A stretch of 32,000 nt of DNA from Desulfobulbus propionicus DSM 2032 (GTDB taxonomy: Bacteria; Desulfobacterota; Desulfobulbia; Desulfobulbales; Desulfobulbaceae): NCBI RefSeq assembly GCF_000186885.1, contig NC_014972.1, positions 480,001-512,000 on the forward strand. The letters are read 5' to 3'. Below the pieces are notes generated by a model, which had not been told where the DNA came from, did no database searches, and was given only the letters and a program-made list of their open reading frames with translations. A program made the position numbers and the translations under genes. The number at the start of each line of letters is the position of its first letter. Position 1 is the first letter of the stretch. Positions 23,873 through 32,000 of the stretch are shown piece by piece.

Positions 23873-26257
23873 ATGCGCGCACGGCTTCTTTCTGCGCGTC
23901 CGTCCTCCTGTCTTGTCCTCTTTTCAAAGGAGCCGATCGAGGTGCAGTTTACCATTCCATCCTCCCCGATCCTTGCACTGCTTTTTCCGCTCTTCACCTG
24001 CCTTGTTTTCTGTCCTGCTCAAGCCTCCGCCGTGTCGGTGGATGCCCGACAGTGGGAGATTACCGCCGATAAAATGACCAGATACGAAAATCCTCCCCGT
24101 ATCGAGGCCGAAGGCAACGTGATCCTGGAAAAAAAGGAACCGGTGAGTGCCGTCCCGTCGCGCAAGGTATCACCCTGGAGCGACCTGCTGGGAGACGAGC
24201 CCAGCGGCAATACAGCCAAACAGCAGGGAAAACCGACCACCGAGCTGAAAACCGTGACCACGGTCAAGGCCGACTGGGTCAGCTATGACATTACCCAAGG
24301 GGTCCTGGAAACCAGGGGCCATTTGTTGATCGACGTCGGTCCCGACCAGCTGACCGCGGATTCCGGCCGTATCGATCTGGAAAAATCCACCGGACGCTTT
24401 GAAAGTGCCGTGGTCGTCCGTCAGGACAAGCAATTGCATTTCGAAGGGGAAGTGATCGAGAAAACCGGTGAATTGACCTACCATATCGAAGACGGCTGGG
24501 TGGTCACCTGTAAACTCCACCCCGGGGAAGTCCCGCCCTGGAGTTTCGCCGCCGCCGAGACGGAACTCACCGATGGCGGCTACGCCTTTCTCAAGCACGC
24601 CACCTTCCGCATCAAGGATATCCCGGTGCTCTATTCGCCGGTCATGGTGCTGCCTGCCAAGCGCAAGCGCCAGACCGGCTTTCTCTTTCCCATGGTGTTC
24701 ATGTCGGATCGCGACGGATTCAGCCTGGAAACCCCCTTCTTCATCGACCTCTCCCCGAGCAGCGACATCACCCTCTATCCCCGGTATTTCGCCAACCGGG
24801 GCTTCATGAGTGGCGCCGAATTCCGCTATGTCCTCGATGAAGACAGCAAGGGCATGCTCATGGGCAACTATCTGGAAGACGAGTTGTCCGATCCCTCAGA
24901 GGTGGACTATTACGAAGACGGCGATTTCACCCACACCAATTCCGAACGCTACTGGATTCGCGGCAAGGCGGATCATGACAAGGGGCCCTGGAGTACACGG
25001 TTGGATCTGGATATCGTCTCCGACCTGGACTACCTGCGGGAGTTCAATACCGGCGCTACCAGTTTCACCGCCAGCAAGGACAGATTCCTCGATGTCTTCG
25101 GCCGGGGGTTCACCGATAAATCGAATCGTTATCGGGAAAATTCCCTAGCCACCCTGCGGAACTGGGACAATGGTGCCACCGCCCTGCTGGGCGAATTTGT
25201 CGCGGTCAATGACGTCAGCGAACGGGTCTACAGCGCGGACAATCCTTCGCAGCCCTGGAAACTGCCATCCCTGACCTATTCGGGTCTGGTGCCCCTGGCC
25301 AGCAGCAGCGGCCCCGATTTTTCCTGGGACGCCAACTACACCAATTACTGGCGGGAAGAGGGCGTGGGCGCCCAGCGAATCGATCTGATGCCCACGGTGA
25401 CCGCCGGCATTCCACTAAGTCCCTATCTCGAGAGCTATGTCAGCGGCGGCGTCCGCGATACCGGCTACACGATTCGCGACAACGGCGCCTCGGACTGGGA
25501 GGAGACCGATTCGGAAAACAGGTTGCTCTACAATTTTGACGGTGAACTCGCCACCACCCTGATGCGGGATTTTTCCGTCTCCTTCGGCGATGTCAACACC
25601 TTGAGCCATACCCTGCGGCCCTATGTTGCCTACGGCTATACCGAGATTCCCGACGAAAAAGTGTTGCCGCAGTTTGATCCGATCGACGATCTGGAAGAAC
25701 AGAATACCCTCTATGTGGGCATCAACAATTTCTTTGACATTGCCGGCGAGCGCAACGGCCGTGCATTTGAGCGGGAATACGCCTTTTTCAAGATCAAGCA
25801 AGGCTACGACATGCGTAGCGAGGAAAGCGATACGCCGCTGACCCCGGTCATGGCGGAGACCGGCTGGTATCCGATCGAGCGAATGCGCCTCAAGTACACC
25901 ACCTACATCGACGTGTACGGCGACGGCGCCTACCTGCATTCCGTCGACAGCGATTACGCAAGCTCCGCCGGGGACAGGTTTTCCCTTGATTACCGGTATA
26001 ACGAGCTCACCGACGTCAATTCGGTCAAAGGCAGTTTCTGGTATCTGTTGCCGTACAATTTTGCCGCCGGCTACGGACTGGAACGGGCGATCGAAACCGA
26101 CGAAACCATCGAGGAAACCGTCAAGCTGCGTTACATCCAGCCCTGCTGGTCGGTGGAGGTCTCCTCGAACCACACCCCTGGCGATCAAACGGTGATGATC
26201 ACCTTCCGCCTTGCCAACATAGGCCCTCCCCTGGGCATTGACTTCCCTGGCCAGTAA
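23873..26257 (+). CDS. lptD: LPS-assembly outer-membrane protein
   Basis: 794 aa; signal peptide, OstA-like N-domain (WEITADKMTRYENPPRIEAEGNVILEKK), VLYSPVMVLPAKRKRQTGFLFP, beta-rich C-terminal barrel ending SVEVSSNHTPGDQTVMITFRLANIG. Confidence 0.93.
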   Translation: MRARLLSARPSSCLVLFSKEPIEVQFTIPSSPILALLFPLFTCLVFCPAQASAVSVDARQWEITADKMTRYENPPRIEAEGNVILEKKEPVSAVPSRKVSPWSDLLGDEPSGNTAKQQGKPTTELKTVTTVKADWVSYDITQGVLETRGHLLIDVGPDQLTADSGRIDLEKSTGRFESAVVVRQDKQLHFEGEVIEKTGELTYHIEDGWVVTCKLHPGEVPPWSFAAAETELTDGGYAFLKHATFRIKDIPVLYSPVMVLPAKRKRQTGFLFPMVFMSDRDGFSLETPFFIDLSPSSDITLYPRYFANRGFMSGAEFRYVLDEDSKGMLMGNYLEDELSDPSEVDYYEDGDFTHTNSERYWIRGKADHDKGPWSTRLDLDIVSDLDYLREFNTGATSFTASKDRFLDVFGRGFTDKSNRYRENSLATLRNWDNGATALLGEFVAVNDVSERVYSADNPSQPWKLPSLTYSGLVPLASSSGPDFSWDANYTNYWREEGVGAQRIDLMPTVTAGIPLSPYLESYVSGGVRDTGYTIRDNGASDWEETDSENRLLYNFDGELATTLMRDFSVSFGDVNTLSHTLRPYVAYGYTEIPDEKVLPQFDPIDDLEEQNTLYVGINNFFDIAGERNGRAFEREYAFFKIKQGYDMRSEESDTPLTPVMAETGWYPIERMRLKYTTYIDVYGDGAYLHSVDSDYASSAGDRFSLDYRYNELTDVNSVKGSFWYLLPYNFAAGYGLERAIETDETIEETVKLRYIQPCWSVEVSSNHTPGDQTVMITFRLANIGPPLGIDFPGQ

Positions 26258-26297
26258 CAAGGCGATTGTTGCCCGTCACCGAAACCTGTGGTGCCTC

Positions 26298-27257
26298 ATG
26301 AACTGTATCGATGTTTTCAATGGGGACGCGGACGGTATCTGCGCCCTGCACCAGCTGCGCCTTCACATCCCGCAACCTGAGGCCCGCCTAGTCACCGGAG
26401 TCAAGCGGGACATCGCTCTGCTTGATCGGCTGGCCGGGGTGCACGGCCATCGGATCACCGTGCTTGATGTCTCGCTCGACCGCAACCGCGCCGCCCTGGA
26501 ACGGCTGCTGGGCCACGACAACCGCATCTTGTACGTCGATCACCACTACAGCGGAGCCGTTCCCGAGTCCGACGCGCTGGAGGTGCACATCGACCCCTCG
26601 CCGCTGCTCTGCACCTCGTTGATCGTTGACCGTTTGTTGCAGGGGGCGTATCGACCTTGGGCACTTGTCGGCGCTTTTGGCGACAACCTCGATGAAGTGG
26701 CGCAGCAACAGGCGCAGGATACCGGCTTGGATGATGCGCGCACCGCTGTGCTCAAGGATATCGGTCGGTTGTTGAACTATAACGGTTATGGGTTGGTGGA
26801 GGAGGACCTTCTGGTCCATCCCGCCGACCTGTACCGTGAGGTACACCGCTTCGCCGATCCGTTTGCCTTTGGTCGCGATTCAACCCTGCTTGCGGCGCTC
26901 CGCCGGGGATACGGCGAAGACATGCGCAGGGCCGCGGATCTAGCCCCGTATCGGACCAGTACCAGCGGTCGTGTCTTCCTGCTGCCGACGGCTGCCTGGT
27001 CTAAACGAGTGGTTGGTGTTTTTGCCAATCAACTGTCGCGCGAACAGCCCGAACAGGCCCATGCCACGGTCCTGCCCCAGGCGGACGGCAGCTATTTGAT
27101 CAGTGTGCGCGCGCCGTTGGCCACCCGCCTGGGCGCCGACAACCTCTGCCGCCAGTTCCCAACCGGTGGTGGCCGGGCCGCCGCTGCCGGGATCAATCGT
27201 TTGCCGGAACGTGAATTGGAGCGTTTCCTCGACGCCTTTGCCCGCCATTTTGCCTGA
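26298..27257 (+). CDS. DHH-family phosphoesterase
   Basis: MNCIDVFNGDADGICALHQL...ILYVDHHYSG...GGRAAAAGINRLP, a DHH/DHHA1-like arrangement. Start 26298 lies inside ORF 26238..27257. Confidence 0.87.
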   Translation: MNCIDVFNGDADGICALHQLRLHIPQPEARLVTGVKRDIALLDRLAGVHGHRITVLDVSLDRNRAALERLLGHDNRILYVDHHYSGAVPESDALEVHIDPSPLLCTSLIVDRLLQGAYRPWALVGAFGDNLDEVAQQQAQDTGLDDARTAVLKDIGRLLNYNGYGLVEEDLLVHPADLYREVHRFADPFAFGRDSTLLAALRRGYGEDMRRAADLAPYRTSTSGRVFLLPTAAWSKRVVGVFANQLSREQPEQAHATVLPQADGSYLISVRAPLATRLGADNLCRQFPTGGGRAAAAGINRLPERELERFLDAFARHFA

Positions 27258-27312
27258 TCACCCCGGTGCCTCCCGGCGAAGACGCCACGCCGCCCATGGT
27301 CAGGGCCGTCCC

Positions 27313-28467
27313 GTGGCGCGCGCTCTGGTGGGGGTCATCGCCATTCTGCTCATTGGTTGGGCTACTCGGAACGCATCGGCGGCCGCACCGCCTCCCCTTT
27401 TTATCGATGATCTCGAACTGCATGGGCTCGAGCCGGCCTTGGACAAAAGCCTGGCTCACTTGCGCATCCTGCCTGCGGCCACCCGGTTCAGGGTGGCCGA
27501 TACGACGATACCGGTAGGGCGTCTGATCGATTCGATCCACCGTCTTCGCACCCTGATCCAGGCCAATCCAGATCCTGAAAAGTTACACCGCCAGATCCTT
27601 GAGCACTTCACGGTCTGGACTGTCCATGGCCGGCCTGACGACGAGTCCCTTTCGGCACGGCGGATGCTGATCACCGGTTATTATCAGCCGGTTTTCGCCG
27701 GAAGCCTCTCTAGGCACCCCCCCTATCTGTATCCACTCTACCGCGAACCCGATGACCTTCTGGTCCGGGAACAGGCGGGGCAAAGGAACGTCCTTGGGCG
27801 AAAGGAAAACGGGCGGATTGTCCCCTATTGGAGTCGGCGGGAGATCGAACAGGCAAACCTGCTGCGGGGGATGGAAATGGTGTGGCTCAAGGACCCGTTT
27901 GACGCCTTTATGCTCCATGTCCAAGGCTCGGGGATCATCCGCCTGGTCGACGGCTCCCTGCGAGGCGTCCATTATGCCCGCAGCAATGGCCGCGAGTACC
28001 GCAGCATCGGTAAATATCTGGTCGATACCGGCCGGATGCGGCTGGCCGATGTCACCATGGACAGCATCCGGAGCTATATCGACCAGCACCCGGATGAACG
28101 GGATCTGATTCTGCGACAAAACGATTCCTTTATTTTTTTTCACTGGAGAGAGCCAGGACCGGCGCTCGGCAGCCTCAATCAGGTGCTGACCGCCGGACGC
28201 TCGGTGGCTGCCGATCAACAGTGGTATCCTCCCGGATCGCTCCTGTTCCTGGACAGCCGCCGGCCGATCATGAAAGAGGGCGGAGCGGTCGGATGGCAGA
28301 GAATGCGCCGCTTTGTCACCGTGCAAGATACGGGCTCCGCGCTCAAGGGACCGAGGCGGATCGATGTGTTCTGGGGGACCGGCGAGCAAGCGGGGTGGGA
28401 AGCGGGGCAGATGAAGGAGGAAGGGGTCGCCTATCTGTTGCTGCTCAAGGAGGGGGGCGCTCCCTAA
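27313..28467 (+). CDS. mltA: membrane-bound lytic murein transglycosylase A
   Basis: ITGYYQPVFAGSLSRHPPYLYPLY, DPFDAFMLHVQGSGIIRLVDGS, NDSFIFFHW, VTVQDTGSALKGPRRIDVFWGTG (MltA/3D domain). GTG 27313 is the proposed start inside ORF 27103..28467. Confidence 0.9.
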   Translation: MARALVGVIAILLIGWATRNASAAAPPPLFIDDLELHGLEPALDKSLAHLRILPAATRFRVADTTIPVGRLIDSIHRLRTLIQANPDPEKLHRQILEHFTVWTVHGRPDDESLSARRMLITGYYQPVFAGSLSRHPPYLYPLYREPDDLLVREQAGQRNVLGRKENGRIVPYWSRREIEQANLLRGMEMVWLKDPFDAFMLHVQGSGIIRLVDGSLRGVHYARSNGREYRSIGKYLVDTGRMRLADVTMDSIRSYIDQHPDERDLILRQNDSFIFFHWREPGPALGSLNQVLTAGRSVAADQQWYPPGSLLFLDSRRPIMKEGGAVGWQRMRRFVTVQDTGSALKGPRRIDVFWGTGEQAGWEAGQMKEEGVAYLLLLKEGGAP

Positions 28468-28572
28468 CCGCCATTGTGCCGAGGGTTCCGGCCAGTTTCG
28501 TCCGTTGAAAATTGTGGCATACTGCTTGCGTTCTCCGACCGTCCCCGGTACATTGCCTGCGAAAAATCAAGC

Positions 28573-28649
<77 letters not shown>

Positions 28650-28660
28650 GAAGAACATAA

Positions 28661-28700
28661 AAAACAGCCACTTGGAAAATATTTTCCAAGTGGCTGTTTT
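28661..28700 (+). terminator. terminator/palindrome after tRNA-Arg(TCT)
   Basis: Perfect 40-bp palindrome AAAACAGCCACTTGGAAAAT|ATTTTCCAAGTGGCTGTTTT followed by TATTTT. Confidence 0.85.
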
Positions 28701-28816
28701 TATTTTGTGCCGAGCCCGACAATAAAAAATTTTACTGTACCCGTAGTGGGCTACAAGGGGGGCGCATAAACCAAGAAACTTTGCATAGCGGAATGTATTG
28801 ATCGTGACCCAAATCG

Positions 28817-28871
28817 AACCATAATGAAACATATTGAATCCACCAATGGTTCAATATGTTTCATTATGGTT
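28817..28871. repeat. long perfect inverted repeat (22-bp arms, 11-nt spacer)
   Basis: AACCATAATGAAACATATTGAA - TCCACCAATGG - TTCAATATGTTTCATTATGGTT. Confidence 0.95.
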
Positions 28872-28952
28872 TAGTGGCGGTCTGGATTAGAAACAAAAAA
28901 ATAATGTTCAGCCAATTTGCTAATATTATTCAATTAAAATTAAAACCAAAAG

Positions 28953-28968
28953 TGGCATCTCTTTTGCT
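28953..28968 (+). promoter_or_regulatory. candidate sigma54 (-24/-12) promoter
   Basis: TGGCATC-TCTT-TTGCT; GG 28954-28955 and GC 28966-28967, 12-nt register as for the 3140 promoter; upstream of the 29069 gene. Confidence 0.65.
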
Positions 28969-29068
28969 TTAAGCATGACGGCGTTATGAATTGCCATTCA
29001 CTGATCGGTATCGTCGCCGGTCGTATCAGTTTGAAACTATTCGATAACGATAGAAACAAGGAGAAGCT

Positions 29069-29509
29069 ATGGAAAAGGAAATGGAGGCCAAGGTTCTGCT
29101 GGTGGACGACGAGCAGGATTTTCTTGAAACGCTGTCCAGCCGCCTGGAGATGCGGGGCCTCAAGGTCAGCGCCGTGACCAGCGGCGAGCAGGCGGTGACC
29201 GAGGCCAAGCAGCAGGACTACGACGCCATCATCGTCGATCTGGCCATGCCCGGCATTGACGGCCTGGAAACCCTCAAGCGGATCAAGGCCGACAATCCCA
29301 ACGCCGAGATCATCATGCTCACCGGCCAGGCCTCGGTGCAAAGCGGGGTGGAGGCGATGAAGCTCGGAGCCGGCGATTTCCTCCAGAAACCGGTGGAGCT
29401 GAGCGAGCTGATGGACAAGATCGGCGAGGCCAAGAGCAAGAAAATGCTGGTGCTGCAGAAGCAGTCGCAGGAAGAGCTGCGCAAGATCATCAAGTCCAAG
29501 AGCTGGTAA
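29069..29509 (+). CDS. single-domain (CheY-like) response regulator
   Basis: KVLLVDDEQDFLETLSSRLEMRGLKV...IIVDLAMPGIDGLETLKRI...LTGQA...LQKPVELSELMDKI. Confidence 0.93.
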   Translation: MEKEMEAKVLLVDDEQDFLETLSSRLEMRGLKVSAVTSGEQAVTEAKQQDYDAIIVDLAMPGIDGLETLKRIKADNPNAEIIMLTGQASVQSGVEAMKLGAGDFLQKPVELSELMDKIGEAKSKKMLVLQKQSQEELRKIIKSKSW

Positions 29510-29539
29510 CAGCCAGGACCCCACCTAAAGGAGAAAGGC

Positions 29540-30064
29540 ATGAGCAATCCAATGCCCGTCGTCAAAGACCTGATCATTCCGCTGGATGTTTTTCCTCATC
29601 TGAGCAGCGAGGCCTCGGTGCACGAAGCCGTGGCCCAGCTCTTTTCCCACACTGTCAACGGTTCCGGCAAGCTGCTGTATGACGAGTTGCTGGTGGTCAA
29701 CAGCCAGAACCAATACGTCGGCCGCCTGACCATCCGGGGGATTCTCACCTGTTATTTCCCGACCCTGTTCGACGGCGGCCAGAAGCCGATCTTCGCCGGC
29801 AAACAGGAGAAGTTCACCGACCTGGCCATCTTGCTCGAGGACAGCTTCCAGACCGAGTGCAAGCGCCAGGGAGCGTTGCCGGTCAGCCAGTACATGGTGC
29901 CGCCGCTCAAGTCGATCAAGGCCGACATGCATCCCCTGCACGCCGCCGAGATCATGATGACCGAAAACCAGAACTGTCTGCCGGTGGTCGACGGCGGCCA
30001 ACTGATCGGTGTTGTCCGCCTGATCGACCTGTTCCGGACCCTGGCCTCCAGCTGCTCGCTGTAA
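29540..30064 (+). CDS. CBS-domain-pair protein
   Basis: PLDVFPHLSSEASVHEAVAQLFSHTVNGSGKLLYDELLVVNSQNQYVGRLTIRGIL ... YMVPPLKSIKADMHPLHAAEIMMTENQNCLPVVDGGQLIGVVRLIDLFR. Confidence 0.88.
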   Translation: MSNPMPVVKDLIIPLDVFPHLSSEASVHEAVAQLFSHTVNGSGKLLYDELLVVNSQNQYVGRLTIRGILTCYFPTLFDGGQKPIFAGKQEKFTDLAILLEDSFQTECKRQGALPVSQYMVPPLKSIKADMHPLHAAEIMMTENQNCLPVVDGGQLIGVVRLIDLFRTLASSCSL

Positions 30065-30109
30065 GACTGCTCCAGAGACACCCTTATCGACAACAAAGGA
30101 ATCACACCC

Positions 30110-31597
30110 ATGTCTGCAACCGTACAAGAACTTCCTGACACCAAAACGCCCTTTGACTGGAAGCGCGTGGTCTTCATCCTTGGCGGCCTCGCCCTCTTTG
30201 CCCTGATCTATTATTCGCCGGCCTGGCCGGACGCCGTCGATCCCAAAGGCGAACATTTTGCCCTGTCCAAGGAGGCCAAGGGCGCGCTGGCGGTGTTTGC
30301 CGTGGCCGCCACCTGGTGGATCTTCGAGGTGGTGCCGATCGGCGTCACCAGTTTGTTGATTGGAACCCTCCAAGCCTTGTTCCTCATCCGCAAACCGGTG
30401 GTGGCCTTCAAGGACTTCATGGACCCGTCGGTGCTTTTTATCTTCGGCTCGGTGGTCATCGGCATGGTGTTCACCAAGACCGGGCTGACCCGGCGAATCG
30501 CCTACAAGATGCTCTCCATCATCGGCGAGAAAACCTCGATGATCATGCTCGGCTGCTTCCTCATGACCGCCCTGCTGACCCACGTCATGGCCCATACCGC
30601 GGTGGCCGCGACCATGTTTCCGCTGCTGATGGCCATCTATTCCCTCTACACCACCGAAACCAAGCCGACCAATTTCGGCAAGGCGATGTTCATCGGCATG
30701 GCCTACGTGGCCGGCGCCGGTTCGATCATCACCCTCTTGGGCGCGGCCCGCGGCGCCGTGGCCCTGGCCTTTTACAAGGACATGATGCATGTGGACATCA
30801 GTTTCGGCACCTTGAGCTACTACATGTTTCCCCTGGGCTGGCTGATGGTCTTCCTCCTGTGGGGATTCTTCATGATTTTCTGCAAGCCGGAGAAGGAGCG
30901 CATTGTCGGTCTCAAGGAAAAGGCCAGCCGCATGTACCGGGAACTGGGCTCGATCACCCGCAACGAGATCCTGGCCGCGACCATCATTCTGCTGGCCGTG
31001 CTGATCATCGCCCTGAAGAGCTTTGTCCCTGCGCTCGACAAATTGGACAAGACCGGCATCCTGCTCTGCTCGACCATCGCCTTCTTTGTCTTCAATATCC
31101 TCAAGATCGACGACCTGGAAGACATCCCCTGGAACATCATCCTCCTGTTCGCCGGCGCCATGTCGATCGGCTTCTGCTTGTGGGAAACCGGCGCGGCCAA
31201 ATGGCTGGCGGTCAACTGGCTGGTCCTGTTCCAGCAGGCTCCGGCCGTGGTCTTCATCATGGGCATGGCCTTCTTTGTCCTCATCATGACCAACTTCATC
31301 ATGAACGTGGCGGCGATTGCCATCAGCCTGCCGGTGGCCTTGGTCATCGCCCCTTATCTGGGCGTGGCCGGCGAGGTCATCCTGTTCTCGGCCCTGGCCA
31401 CCGCCGGTATGCCTTTCCTGCTGCTGATCGGCGCGGCGCCCAACGCCATCGCCTACAACTCCAAGCAATTCACCACCGGCGAGTTCCTTAAGTTCGGTAT
31501 ACTCGCCAGCGTTCTGCTGATGGTGGTGCTGTGGGTCTTCGTCGCCTTTGTCTGGCCGATGATGGGCATGGAAGTCTTTGTTCCCAAGGTGCAATAG
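30110..31597 (+). CDS. DASS/SLC13-family anion (dicarboxylate/sulfate) transporter
   Basis: 495-aa polytopic protein; WWIFEVVPIGVTSLLIG, FLMTALLTHVMAHTAVAATMFPLL, TNFIMNVAAIAISLPVAL, AGMPFLLLIGAAPNAIAYNSKQF. Confidence 0.9.
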   Translation: MSATVQELPDTKTPFDWKRVVFILGGLALFALIYYSPAWPDAVDPKGEHFALSKEAKGALAVFAVAATWWIFEVVPIGVTSLLIGTLQALFLIRKPVVAFKDFMDPSVLFIFGSVVIGMVFTKTGLTRRIAYKMLSIIGEKTSMIMLGCFLMTALLTHVMAHTAVAATMFPLLMAIYSLYTTETKPTNFGKAMFIGMAYVAGAGSIITLLGAARGAVALAFYKDMMHVDISFGTLSYYMFPLGWLMVFLLWGFFMIFCKPEKERIVGLKEKASRMYRELGSITRNEILAATIILLAVLIIALKSFVPALDKLDKTGILLCSTIAFFVFNILKIDDLEDIPWNIILLFAGAMSIGFCLWETGAAKWLAVNWLVLFQQAPAVVFIMGMAFFVLIMTNFIMNVAAIAISLPVALVIAPYLGVAGEVILFSALATAGMPFLLLIGAAPNAIAYNSKQFTTGEFLKFGILASVLLMVVLWVFVAFVWPMMGMEVFVPKVQ

Positions 31598-31721
31598 CAT
31601 TCCGCATACAGACCCGCGCCCCGTTCCCTTGCCCGGATGATCGTCCGGGGAAGGGAACAGCGGGCGTACACCCTTTGTCATTTCTTTTTTCCCGAACGGA
31701 AAGGAGGCTCGCACATCCATT

Positions 31722-32000
31722 ATGTCAACCGCCCTGGTTTCCATCTTTGTCATGGCCTACGCGGCCATAGCCCTGGAGCACCCGCTCAAGGTCAACAAGT
31801 CGGCCTCGGCCCTGCTGGCCGCCGGCCTGCTCTGGACCATCTACGCCCTGGCCGGCGGCGACTTCCATGCGGCCGTGCACAATCTGCATGAATCGGTCGC
31901 CTCCACCGCCCAGATCGTCTTCTTTCTCATGGGCGCCATGACCATCGTCGAGGTGGTCGACGCCCACAATGGTTTTTACGTCATCACCAGCCGGATCAAA
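31722..32000 (+). CDS. nhaD: NhaD-type Na+/H+ antiporter, 3' end beyond window
   Basis: Open frame from ATG 31722 to the edge: MSTALVSIFVMAYAAIALEHPLKVNKSASALLAAGLLWTIYALAGGDFHAAVHNLHESVASTAQIVFFLMGAMTIVEVVDAHNGFYVITSRIK; AAGGAGG upstream. Absent from the ORF track, probably because it has no stop in the window. Confidence 0.87.
   Translation, partial: MSTALVSIFVMAYAAIALEHPLKVNKSASALLAAGLLWTIYALAGGDFHAAVHNLHESVASTAQIVFFLMGAMTIVEVVDAHNGFYVITSRIK

Noticed and set aside
30316-31491. 391-aa plus-strand ORF
   Set aside because: Alternative frame of the DASS transporter, Arg/Gly/His-rich frame-shift composition.
29525-31753. 742-aa ORF on the minus strand
   Set aside because: Antisense to the CBS and DASS genes in GC-rich DNA; His/Asp/Gly-rich, low-complexity translation with no domain; the plus strand has clear homologous proteins.

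Overview
This 32 kb bacterial window looks like a deltaproteobacterial-type (Desulfobulbaceae-like) chromosome; the lineage is inferred from gene content only. The backbone carries: a truncated tRNA-Sec (selC)-like gene at the left edge next to a LysR regulator; a NorR-like sigma54 activator divergent from a cupin / DUF438-hemerythrin-PAS / ferredoxin group, with a near-consensus -24/-12 promoter; a CBS-pair protein and a GreA/Rnk-like protein; a FemAB-like acyltransferase followed by a histidine kinase whose H-box His appears to be Lys; a GAF histidine kinase / NtrC-type regulator pair; RNase E/G, radical SAM, LptD, DHH phosphoesterase, MltA, tRNA-Arg(TCT), and a receiver / CBS / DASS transporter / NhaD cluster with its own sigma54-like promoter. 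Inserted at tRNA-Arg(ACG) is a compact 6,840-bp integrative element (about 13266-20152) with perfect 47-bp att repeats, a tyrosine integrase, AlpA-like protein, Toprim/DUF3631 primase-helicase and a chain of overlapping small ORFs. It has no recognisable capsid or conjugation genes, so it is a satellite-like element. Its most unusual features are a 106-bp tandem array (4 full copies plus a 50-bp partial) that repeats the end of the integrase gene, matched direct GGTAGCAC motifs at both ends, and a self-carried terminator that replaces the host tRNA terminator with one of near-identical architecture.
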